This document shows, piece by piece, positions 1 to 9,850 of a stretch of DNA of 24,218 bases. Location of the stretch: positions 36,066,868 to 36,091,085 of the forward strand of contig JANKJI020000002.1 in the NCBI GenBank assembly GCA_024626585.2, written 5' to 3'. Source of the DNA: Ginkgo biloba (Eukaryota > Plantae > Ginkgophyta). Positions within the stretch are counted from its first letter, which is position 1, and the number at the start of each line of letters is the position of its first letter. The notes beneath the pieces were generated by a model. The model saw only the letters and a program-made list of their open reading frames with translations, was not told where the DNA came from and ran no database searches. Position numbers and translations under genes: made by a program.

Positions 1-1
1 G

Positions 2-289
2 TGTAATATAAGTTCATAATATCATAAAGGGGGTTCACCTAAGCCCAAAAGGTCACCGATGAACAAAATGCTCCACAAAGATTCCAAATCACACAAGTAC
101 TTGTTACAAGTGAGGGTTTAGGTCCCTTATATACTCAAAATAGGCCTCCTTGGACTAAATCCTAGCCTACCTCTACTTTGCACCTAATTTATGATAACCC
201 ATACAAACATGGGCCCGCCACTTGTCTCTTCCATAATATGATCAACCANNNNNNNNNNTAGCCATGTACATTAATTCAGGGCCATAACA
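2..289 (-). mobile_element. 3' LTR of a Ty3/gypsy-type retrotransposon, with adjacent polypurine tract
   Basis: The + strand is bounded by TGTAAT (2) and ATAACA (289). Adjacent on the - strand is CTTTGAGGGAAAAACATGTTAAGAGGGGATGGCA|TGT, a typical gypsy PPT/LTR junction (PPT about 290-305). Confidence 0.6.
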
Positions 290-900
290 TGCCATCCCCT
301 CTTAACATGTTTTTCCCTCAAAGCATGGGTCTCCATTTTTTGCACAAGCTTCCACATTTGTAGGTCCTCCGATTGAGATTTATGAGTCTTCCTTCAAGAT
401 CAATACAAGTCCCCTATTGATTTGGTCATGACAAACCCCTCTCAAATCTCAATTGTTAATTTAACGCGATCCTTCCTCTTCTCTATCAACTTCATCAAAG
501 ATATTGGGTGATTACCCATTATAATCATCAAGTCCTCCCTAGCTTGTGAGGTCTCTATCTGGAAATTATTGAGCCATTATTCCCATGGTGTTTGAATAGT
601 GAGCAAGGTAGGTGCACTTGTAGAAGTCAAGGCCACTTGTGAGGTATGTTACATTTGTTGTTGGTGTTCAGGTTGGGTCTAACTCTAACCTATCGATCCT
701 ATTGATCAGTCTACCCCAATTGGACTTGTTGTTGTTGTTGTTGTTTAGATCCCTTGTTGGTGTTCCAACTAGTGTTTGGGGCACTCTGAATGCCCTATTG
801 TTCTTGTTGCTAAAAGGTAGAATCTCCCAGACTTAGCCCATTAGATCTCCTCAATTGTTATTACCTAGAAGTGCTTGGCGATGCTCATGTCAAGGCTATC
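290..900 (-). mobile_element. Degenerate internal (gag-like) region of the same LTR element
   Basis: The - strand at about 610-655 reads KCNIPH/SGLDFYKCTY across a frameshift, a decayed CX2CX4HX4C zinc knuckle, preceded by an AAC-rich tract. No pol is visible before the PPT. Confidence 0.35.
726..743. repeat. (TTG)6 microsatellite
   Basis: Directly visible. Confidence 0.9.
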
Positions 901-1579
901 TTGGGGTCACAAGGGACTTGTGCTCTGCCACCAAACTCAACATTTATCCATATTATAAAGGGTGCTACATCAAAGTGAGAAGATCATATATCTTAAAATA
1001 AGTACCAAGTAATAATGGTGATAATAAATTGAATAGTATATGTTCCTATATAAGGATTTATATTATGTTTTTACATCAAATTTATACTTAACAGAGGGTG
1101 CAGATTAGAAAAAACACAGAATGAAGGTTCTGCTCCACACTTTTCAGAAAAGAGATATATGAGGCTGTGTTGCTACTCAGCTCAGCCAGTTGCCCAATTC
1201 AGCATCTCTCCAGGGTGAAGGATTTGCTGTGATTCCTCGGCACTGGGTCACTGTTCAAATGCTCCTAAGTGGCTGATCTCCCAGGTGTAGTCGATTCCTC
1301 CTCCACGTGATGCATAATGATACGAGGGACTCAGTTCTTACTTTCTCCATCATGATGATATAGGGTGTAATACAAGGTCCTTATGTTGAGAATTTTTCTT
1401 GGCTGGTCTGTCTCCTAACTTTGTTTGTTTTAGAAGGGTTTGTCTGATTGGGTGCTTGTTTGAAAATCTGTTTGAGAATGTTTTCTTTGCTGTTGCTTTC
1501 TTAAGACATGGTAATTTCAATTATGTCAGGTTCAAAATCAGTTGTGGGCATTTCGTTGCAAATATGCATCTCTTTTCAG

Positions 1580-1698
1580 TTGTCCCGTAGACTTTTAAAG
1601 ATGACTACCTTTTCCTTTCTTGTAATTTCAGGCATAGTCCTGGAGGGTGAAAACAATGGTTGGATCGAATATGGGAGCATAGCTGATGTTTGCCAATC
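1580..1698 (+). CDS. INTS2: INTS2-like gene, internal exon A (5' boundary 1580, or alternatively 1632)
   Basis: Acceptors ctcttttcAG (1579) and aatttcAG (1631) both lie in one open frame, LSRRLLKMTTFSFLVISGIVLEGENNGWIEYGSIADVCQS. The donor GTAAGG at 1699 is phase 2 and joins exon B in frame (TC|G). Little direct homology is recognisable, so the assignment rests on splice-phase continuity. Confidence 0.55.
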
Positions 1699-1754
1699 GT
1701 AAGGTGTTCTATTTAGGACATGATAATAATGTCTTATTGGTGTGATTTTTGCAG

Positions 1755-1884
1755 GAAGAATGCTGATTTGTTGCTGAAATGCCTTTGTCAACTTATGCAG
1801 TCTGGACATTTTATTCGCTGCGCTGTTGACATATCTGAAGTTGTTATGCACTGCATTTCACTATCTGCAGAACCCATACATCCT
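1755..1884 (+). CDS. INTS2: Integrator complex subunit 2-like protein, internal exon B
   Basis: Acceptor tttttgcAG (1754), donor GTATGT (1885). Encodes KNADLLLKCLCQLMQSGHFIRCAVDISEVVMHCISLSAEPIHP, which aligns without gaps to the human INTS2 block LPIHCIYQLLRSRSFTKHKVSIKDWIYRQLCETSTPLHP (recalled). Confidence 0.78.
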
Positions 1885-2129
1885 GTATGTATAAGGTTTC
1901 AATTGCTGTTTCACCCAATACTTTTCTTTTTGAATTCACTACCATAGAGAGATTTCATGTAGAGGTTATAGTAATTTCTACGTGACTCTGCAATGCAGAT
2001 TTTGTTGTAGAACTTTGTCTGTGATTATATTGCTGATATTCAGACCATTTTCTGAGATCAGGTCCCTGTGAAGTCAGCCCTGACCTTGACACGACTATAA
2101 TGTTTTGTTAGTTGTGTTTGTGGATGCAG

Positions 2130-2226
2130 ATGCTGAGTCAGCTGGTACAAATGTTTGCTGAAGCCTCATCTTTATGTCTTCAGGGAGAAGATCCACCACA
2201 TGCATTCAGAATGCAACGTCTTCCAA
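2130..2226 (+). CDS. INTS2: INTS2-like, internal exon C (runs into an assembly gap)
   Basis: Acceptor tgcAG (2129), phase 0, matching exon B. MLSQLVQMFAEASSLCLQGEDPPHAFRMQRLP continues the alignment to human QLLPLIDVYINSIL. Confidence 0.72.
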
Positions 2227-2482
2227 NNNNNNNNNNNNNNNNNNNNNNNNNNNNNNNNNNNNNNNNNNNNNNNNNNNNNNNNNNNNNNNNNNNNNNNNNN
2301 NNNNNNNNNNNNNNNNNNNNNNNNNNAAATTTGAGTTTAAAAGTAGGTGACATTAGGGATCGGTAACATGCAATAGGAAATTTTGATCATCAAGGAGTAA
2401 TCTATTGAAAGCCGGATCAAAAGGCATATAAGAACCACGGCAGGTAAAGGGCAATAGATTGTATTGTGTGTTTGCTTGAAGG

Positions 2483-2794
2483 CTAGATTACATCGTAGCA
2501 CCTGAAATTCCATCTGAACCATTCTCAAATCACAATATTTTGCTCATTAGAGTGAAGATCAAGAATGTAATACATGATGGAGAAATCAAAATAAGCAACG
2601 AGGGGAGGGACAATTGTGGTGGAGTAAGTGAATGAAGATGTGCCTAAATTGCATTGCAGTGTCTAAAATCCCATCTGAGCTATCATCAAGTCATGATCTG
2701 CTTCTTATAAGAGTGACAAATGAAGAGTATGATACATGTTTTAGAAATCAAAAGAAGCAACCAGGGGAAAGGGACAATTGCGTGGGAGGAAGTG
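2483..2794 (+). repeat. Diverged two-copy tandem duplication, period about 161 bp, probably ex-coding
   Basis: 2483-2630 vs 2644-2794. Translations LDYIVAPEIPSEPFSNHNILLIRV and LNCIAVSKIPSELSSSHDLLLIRV; shared AGAAATCAAAA..AAGCAAC.AGGGGA..GGGACAATTG. Confidence 0.75.
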
Positions 2795-3370
2795 GAGATA
2801 TCTCTAGAGAAGTACTCAAGCAAAAGTTGAGAAGACAAAATGGACAAAAAAACTTGGAGACAAACAACATTCTAAAATGATAGTTGAAGTGTATGCAACA
2901 AATTAGCAAAGAAAGGAATGATGAAATGTGGATATCTAATAAACCCATTGATTTGACAAAGGAAGTACAGATGCCAAAAATATATTAAAAACAAGGGTAG
3001 AAATTCAAGCAAAAGAAAATTAGAAAGCATATAGAGAGCCCATAGAAAGGAAGAGATTCAACTTATATGGCCAGAAAACAGAAGCACTTAATTTGAGGAA
3101 GAAAAAGTCCCAAGTCCTTTTTGTAAGAAAGAACTTTTATTAACATCTAGTAATGCCTAAAAGTGTTGATGGGGACCAGTGAAAAGGGAGCAGAATTGGC
3201 GGCTGACTTCGGGAAGAAAGCAGAAGAGAGATACATATTTGAAAGAATTAAATATTATATCAAAGATAAATGTTCAAGATGATGATCCCACAATACTAGG
3301 GATTGATTAAATAGATTGTAGTGCTTAGGTTACAACCCTTCACAACGACTCCACATTGATGACCACCATT

Positions 3371-3388
3371 AATAATAATAATAATAAT
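3371..3388. repeat. (AAT)6 microsatellite
   Basis: Directly visible. Confidence 0.9.
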
Positions 3389-3507
3389 GTGCCTAGCCCT
3401 TTGTTTNNNNNNNNNNNNNNNNNNNNNNNNNNNNNNNNNNNNNNNNNNNNNNNNNNNNNNNNNNNNNNNNNNNNNNNNNNNNNNNNNNNNNNNNNNNNNN
3501 NNNNNNT

Positions 3508-3658
3508 CTACTGGTTTCCACATCATCTATACCATGCATCATGTCACAATTATCTATGAATATGAATAATGATGAGCTAACATTGGATCAAGGATTTCAA
3601 GAAGGATACGAAGGAATTTCTTCAATTCCTAATCTCACAAATGTTAAAGATTTTCAAG
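3508..3658 (+). CDS. Candidate partial exon of unknown product (possibly a poorly conserved part of the INTS2-like gene)
   Basis: Stop-free frame from the gap edge, LLVSTSSIPCIMSQLSMNMNNDELTLDQGFQEGYEGISSIPNLTNVKDFQ, ending at a good donor AAG|GTAAAT and followed by T-rich sequence. No recognisable homology. Confidence 0.3.
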
Positions 3659-4395
3659 GTAAATAACATTTTTATTTTGATCTAGAACCCGAAATGTGTA
3701 CAACATAATCAAAATACAACAATTGGAATTCATATTCACAACTTGTAGTCATATATTTAAAAAAAGATTGCTTTCATTAAAGAAAGAAAATNNNNNNNNN
3801 NNNNNNNNNNNNNNNNNNNNNNNNNNNNNNNNNNNNNNNNNNNNNNNNNNNNNNNNNNNNNNNNNNNNNNNNNNNNNNNNNNNNNNNNNNNNNNNNNNNA
3901 TCAAATTTTATCTTGAAGCTTTAGAAAACTAGAACAAGAAGAAAAAATAATCCCCTTCCCTTCTTCTATTCGTTTCCTCCCTCTTTGTTGATGGTGATTG
4001 ATTTTCAAACTCCTTAAGAAATTGTTCACTTCATCTTTCTTTATTGGATTTGTTGGGATGACAGTAGTGGCTGATTTAGAATATGATTTGGAGCCTCTAT
4101 ATTCTTCAAAGTTTCAAAGTCCAAGTGGCCATAGGTTTTAGTTGTACCCTTAGTGGTGGGGAATCATCAACATTGTTATTAGACACCTTAAGGATACCCC
4201 TTGGAAAGAAAAAGGTAGGTGGCTTTGGATGTGAACTTCTTTATAGGCTTGAAAGCGTTGCTCAACCCTCTATTTATTCATTCATTTCATTTAGGGCTAG
4301 TTCGATTCTCTATGCTTGGGCTTTTGTTTGGGTAGGTGCTTACTATCGTCCATTGCAAGTCTCTCACCTTGTTAATAAAAAAATATAAAATATTT

Positions 4396-4965
4396 AGTTA
4401 CCCTCAAAGAGCATGTGGGTAAGTTGGCTTTATAAAATAAAGGTAAGAAAAAATTATTTAATAATGGGTGCCACCTCAAAAGATACCCTCAAGAAAAAGT
4501 GAAGGCAACTTTGTTAAGATAACTTGGTAGTGGGCCCCAACCCCTACACTGCACTGAAGATTGATTGAGGTTAACTTTATTAAAAAGATATTACATTATA
4601 AAATAAAAAGTTATCCTAAAATAGGTTTTAAGGGTAAGTCTAGTATTTTAACATAGTGATCACATGGGTGGTTTTGTGGGTAGCATGATAGTTCAATGGT
4701 AACTTCATGGATTGATGGTAAATAATGAAGATAAGTTACCCTTAAGTAGGGATAAGAGTAAGTCTGACTATTTAACATAGTGACGATATGGACGGTTTGA
4801 TGGTAACTTTGCAGACTGTGGGTAACTTCATGGTTTGTGGGTAAATAATGAAGCTCACTTAACCTCAAAAGGGTTGAGGGTAAGTTTGAAGGTTTAACAT
4901 AGTGGCCACATGGGCAATTTGAGGGTAGCTTTGTGGTTTTGAGGATAGCTTCACGGTTTGAGGGT
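4396..4965. repeat. Array of a ~12-bp motif (TTGAGGGTAACT-like) in both orientations, organised in ~123-bp higher-order units; probable DNA-transposon subterminal region
   Basis: GTAAGT..TTTAACATAGTG recurs at 4634, 4758 and 4880. Inverted motif pairs include ACTTAACCTCAA 4857-4868 / TTGAGGGTAAGT 4874-4885; AGTTACCCTCAA is at 4396. Confidence 0.75.
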
Positions 4966-5133
4966 CGCTTTCTGTCACTTGTCATCAGTTTTTGGGTTAC
5001 AAAATTGATATTTTACAACTTTCATAGGCCAACTTCTAAAAGGCATAACTTTTGCGATTGAACTTTATTTTTCCAAAATGAGATATTTAGCAAATCTCTC
5101 GATGCCTAATTTTTGAACATATAGACTTTTTGC

Positions 5134-5224
5134 ACTAAAAATGCCTAGATTTGTACAGAATGACTAGGCATTTTTAGTCATTCTCTACCCTCTTAGAGAA
5201 TGAGGAGGGTAGAGAATGACTAGG
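5134..5224. repeat. Chain of overlapping perfect inverted repeats
   Basis: 15 bp 5134-5148/5164-5178; 10 bp 5157-5166/5175-5184; 18 bp 5175-5192/5205-5222. Confidence 0.85.
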
Positions 5225-5743
5225 ATTTTTTTGAACAAGAACTTGGTCTTGGAGAAGACCTAGGGGTGTGCAAATAGTCAACTTCATCCTTTGACCAACT
5301 ATTTTTAAAGTCTTTGTTGTCTTCAAATGTAATTAGAATATATATACTCTCATAATTGTCTATTATGATAGTAAGAAAGATAGAAGATTAGATTATTTTG
5401 CCAAGCTAATAGCAGATGCAATGAACTAGTTTCATGTCGTATTTTGTATAAGGCAATTTTTTTGCAAAGTTCATTAATGATGTAAAAGTATTTATTGGAA
5501 ATTAATAAAATATAATTTTGTTTATTGTTTTTAACAAATTCCCAAATCCAAAATTCAATGACATTAATAAATCGTCATATCCTAAATCCTTTCAAGATCT
5601 TCCTTAGAATCTTGCCCGAGAGAAATTGTCAAAGCATTATTTCTAACAATATCTTTTTTTTTATTCTTTTTTATTTATGGCCTTTTCATATGTTTCATTT
5701 CTCTGATACTATTTACTTAACTGTAGATTTTATGCCAATTAGT

Positions 5744-6232
5744 TTAGAGAGCAGTATCATTGATCCTTTGAATCTGCCATCCAGTTTTGAAAGAATACCA
5801 GAGAACAGTCATGGATGTATTATCTATACAAAGCCGGTGGGTCATCAGGGGACTAGACCCAAGTAATCCCCTCAAAAGGCACTTAATAGCCATTCCATGA
5901 GTAAAAATGCCCACACATTGAGTTGTTTGCTTACTTTGTTCTTGTGACCTACAACTGCTGCCTTCTCTGGAAGAAGATTCATCTGCAGTCTCATTGTCTC
6001 CTGTTGTCACAAACTGCAGCCTACTTTTACCAGACTTTCTTCTTCCTAGTTGTTTTTGTCTATTGAATAATTCCCATTGTGATACAGTGGCATCATCGCC
6101 GTCTTCAATAGGATGAACCTGCACTAAGGAGTTCTGGCTACCATAGCTCTTGATATGTCTCTGATACTGTGCAGAATCCCTCTGAATGAAATTATCTGGC
6201 CTCCTCAGCACTCTACCATTCAAAAATTCTAG
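5744..6232 (-). pseudogene. Histidine phosphatase / phosphoglycerate mutase-like family (At3g26780-like), C-terminal half only
   Basis: EFLNGRV...RRKSGKSRLQFVTTGD...CVGIFTHGMAIKCLLRGLLGSSPLMTHRLCIDNTSMTVLWYSFKTGWQIQRINDTA matches the plant family C-terminus (recalled). The conserved NDTAHL end is disrupted to NDTAL*. There is an in-frame stop just upstream (6241-6239) and the N-terminal RHG motif was not found. Confidence 0.8.
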
Positions 6233-6479
6233 TATTATTTACTTTCTAACCCATTATACTTCTAAGTAGATCATCAACCATTGATGTACCTAATAAAGAA
6301 TCATTTATTACAAGGATATATGAGTCAATGGACGTTGTTATTCTAGGCGTTTAACTACAAAATTATAGTTAAGTCAAGGTAGGACCATATTGTTCTTGAT
6401 TAATTATCATGCGTTAAGGAAAGAGAAGATGCAATTGGAATCAACAGTGACTTTCCAAATACCATCTTATTCTTTATTT

Positions 6480-7133
6480 AAACCATTTTGAAATGGTAGC
6501 TAGGCATTATCGAATATTCATCAAAACTAGTTAAACATCACCAAGATTGGATAAAGTAGACTAAAAAGGCCTTGCATTAGAAGCTCTTTCTTACCATATC
6601 ATCAAAGGAGAAACTTTTTCTCATGTTGAAAGGTAAGGGAACATAAGAAATGATACTTTCTAGCGAAGAAGAGAAAGGGATAGGGAATTTCAAAATTTTT
6701 GGAGAATAATAGGTTTTAAAAGAGGATGGAATGGACAATGACATATTATCACATGTTTCATATGTGGAGTAGAAGATCACAAGGCATATAGATTTCCACA
6801 AGAGGAAGAGTAGTCGAGAAGAGAAGAGCCTAGAGAAAACTTGGCCCAAGCAAAAGAGCGAAACATAGGTACAACCCCAGAAGATGAAAAAAAATTATTG
6901 ATGAGAAGAATATTGTTAGCACCTCAAACATAAAAAGGAAAAGAGGAAGAGGATATATGCTGCGAAGTAGTTTTAAAATAATGTGCATAGCAAGAGGTAA
7001 ATGATGTAAGGTGATCATAGATAGTGAAAGTTATAAAAATATGGTTGCCATTATTATTGTCAAGTACCACTTTCCCAATATGATACCTATCAAGAACACA
7101 TTCAAAGGACTATGGGGGTTCTTTATGCACAAA
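6480..7133 (+). mobile_element. Decayed Ty3/gypsy gag zinc knuckle plus aspartic protease
   Basis: CFICGVEDHKAYRF (6754-6795, CX2CX4HX4C-like) followed by CIARGK*CKVIIDSESYKNMVA (IIDSGS-type protease motif), with stops. Confidence 0.75.
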
Positions 7134-7413
7134 NNNNNNNNNNNNNNNNNNNNNNNNNNNNNNNNNNNNNNNNNNNNNNNNNNNNNNNNNNNNNNNNNNN
7201 NNNNNNNNNNNNNNNNNNNNNNNNNNNNNNNNNACTTTTAGGACATAACATTTATTACATAAGTGACTAACATAACTTTATGTCCTAAATTTATTCTAAT
7301 ATTACAATATAACCATTACAATGATATTTTAACATAGAAGGTTTGTTGGGCCTCTTAACTCCTTTGCAAACCCTAAAAACCCCTCAAAAGAGGTTGACTT
7401 TCTCTGTAGAAAT

Positions 7414-7990
7414 TGTTAGAGAACTTTCTTCACAAGAACACCTTCAAGATCTCACCATGAAATGAAAAAGAATGACAACAATTGTGTAGAAAGCAATAGA
7501 AACCAAAAAACTATGACTTCTCTTGGAACATAACGATAGCAAGAATGTAGAGAATAACCCTTAGACTAAGGATGCCCTTCATATATGGTTATGAAGAAGA
7601 ATAAGGATGTTGCTTGGGTTTATTTAAGATCAGATAAACCCTATTTATACCAATAGGAGAGACATTTAGCCCCCACATAGAGTTGGGCTCACTCTAAGGC
7701 TGCCCCAAACCCTAAGAAACCCTTTGTGGTTAATTATGCTCTCAAATTACTCTCTGAAGGGGCGCACCCTAGGTTGAGATAACCTCATGGCCTTTTCTTT
7801 TCCAATTTTCTCTCTCTTGATTACCTCATCATGAGGTTGAGCCAACATATGCAATACGATTGACCTAGCATCATCTTTAAGTTTGGTCTTAGTCTTAGCG
7901 ACATCCTTTAAGGCTACATGGCCTATTTTCCTCAAGTCCTTCTTATGCCCACACATCACTAGTGTCTTGGTAGAAAACTGTGTTGTAACA
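7414..7990 (-). mobile_element. Probable solo LTR (about 577 bp)
   Basis: TGTTA...TAACA terminal inverted repeat, flanks GAAAT/CAAAT (4/5 match, putative TSD), and a TATAAATAG box on the - strand at 7641-7649. Confidence 0.55.
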
Positions 7991-8699
7991 CAAATACTCA
8001 ACATCAGTGGCATGATGAGATGTCCCTTGCTTTAGTGAAAGAGGTAGTGATGCCTAAAGCAATGCAAAAGGTTATTACCATTGAGGATGATGATTGTGAC
8101 TAGCAGGTGGCACCTGTCCTTGCCCTTTGTTCCTTGGATGTAGACATGTATCAAGGGATTGTCAAGGTAGTAATGGTTGAGGGAAATGATAGATGCGATC
8201 ACGAATCTAAGCAAATGGCTTGATATAGTTGGCTCAAGACTCTTTAGAATAAGATTTTTTACTAACTCAATAATATCAATCTTGTTTACGTTTTAGACAT
8301 GGTGTTATGTTTTGACCACTTTGAGATGTTTTATCTGTAGAAATGATATTGTATTAATTGGACCATGGATTATTGGATATTAGGATATTTAATTATATTG
8401 TATTTAGTAAATGAGGCGGTTTGTATAGGCCTCTTGTGCTTATGTTTAGAATTTATATTATAGTTTTTAAGTTCAGGAATGTAGCAGTGTGTCTAGACAT
8501 AATATNNNNNNNNNNNNNNNNNNNNNNNNNNNNNNNNNNNNNNNNNNNNNNNNNNNNNNNNNNNNNNNNNNNNNNNNNNNNNNNNNNNNNNNNNNNNNNN
8601 NNNNNTAAACCAATGAAATTTAGATTTTAGTGAGTTTCTTAGGAGTGGGCCAATTTATTAATACGTAAACCTTATAAGTATTAGATCTTACCCTTTGGG

Positions 8700-8836
8700 C
8701 ATCAATTATAAATATAAGATAAGTTAATTTGGTATGACCAAAATAATATTTTGGCAAGTTGGCTTGAATTTGATGTTGCCTAGGAATCTATAAATCTTTC
8801 CTAATGTGTTCCATGTGTTATTTCCAAGATTTGGAG
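8700..8836 (+). mobile_element. Ty3/gypsy integrase C-terminal remnant
   Basis: GKLA/LMLPRNL*IFPNVFHVLF resembles G.LAY.L.LP....IH.VFHVS. Confidence 0.5.
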
Positions 8837-9189
8837 NNNNNNNNNNNNNNNNNNNNNNNNNNNNNNNNNNNNNNNNNNNNNNNNNNNNNNNNNNNNNNNN
8901 NNNNNNNNNNNNNNNNNNNNNNNNNNNNNNNNNNNNNNNNNNNNNNNNNNNNTACAATCCTATCTCTTTATTAAAAGTTATTTTTCATATATCTTTATCC
9001 TTGATTTTGACTTGATGGTATCCACTCTTCAAGTCAATTTTTTAGAAGTATTTAGCTCCCTCTAAATAGTAAAAAAGGCCATATATGCATGGAAAAAAGT
9101 ACCTCTTCTTGATAGTAATTTTATTAAGTACCCTAAATTTGACACATAAGCACCATGAAACATGTTTTGAATAAGGAGAATAGGATAAG

Positions 9190-9530
9190 AAAATGGAGAA
9201 ATAATAGGATTGATAATACCATGATAAAGAATATCATTGATTTTCTTCTTGATTTCATCATTCTAAGGATAATATGTGTGATAGATAAGACAATTTAGAA
9301 GGGGGCCCCTAAGTTGGAGGTCAATAGACCTATTAGGAGGCTAGCTATAAGGTTCTTGAAAAACTTCTTGATAAGAATCAAGGATTTTATAAATATCCTT
9401 ATAATATTCATTAACAGAGATGGTAAGGGAAGTTGATGACTTTTATTCCCTAAAAAAGATAATATCCATACTTATATCTTGATTACCAACTTTCTTGACT
9501 TGTTTATAAGTGATCAACAAATTTGAGGTG
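9190..9530 (+). mobile_element. Decayed L1-clade LINE reverse transcriptase fragment
   Basis: WRSIDLLGG/SYKVLEKLLDK from 9315 (cf. WRPITLL...YKILAKLLA.R), upstream GIDN, and downstream FIP../DNI, with frameshifts. Confidence 0.55.
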
Positions 9531-9850
9531 GAGTCAAATTCAATTTAACTAATTGCATGTGCATTCCCATTATAATACAAGGTATATATGTTATGATATG
9601 CATCATGTTTTTCCCTCTTATAGAACTAATAAGGTTTTCCCAATAAAATTCCACAATAATCCATGTTTGTTGCATCACATGTCACACAATTAATATATTT
9701 TGGATCAAATACAAAAGAAAATATGCATGGTTGGAAGAGTGCAACAAATATGTATAATTTTTATGGCTATCAAAGTATGAATTAGGTATCAATCTTTGAA
9801 TCTCTTGGTGATGTTTGTATTTGGACATGATTTAGTCTCCTTGATGCCAG

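Noticed and set aside
639-836. Leu-rich hydrophobic 65-aa ORF
   Set aside because: Produced by the (TTG)n tract, antisense to a decayed gag.
1352-1447. Possible intronic C/D box snoRNA (ATGATGA ... CTGA)
   Set aside because: The terminal stem is only about 3 bp, there are no clear C'/D' boxes and no convincing rRNA guide; such motifs are expected by chance.
1576-1851. 91-aa - strand ORF
   Set aside because: Antisense shadow of INTS2-like exons A and B.
4611-4985. 124-aa - strand ORF with repeated C.HYVK..LP motif
   Set aside because: A by-product of the ~123-bp DNA repeat; units drift between frames and no family is recognisable.
5525-5866. 113-aa + strand ORF
   Set aside because: Low-complexity AT-rich translation overlapping the antisense of the phosphatase-like fragment.
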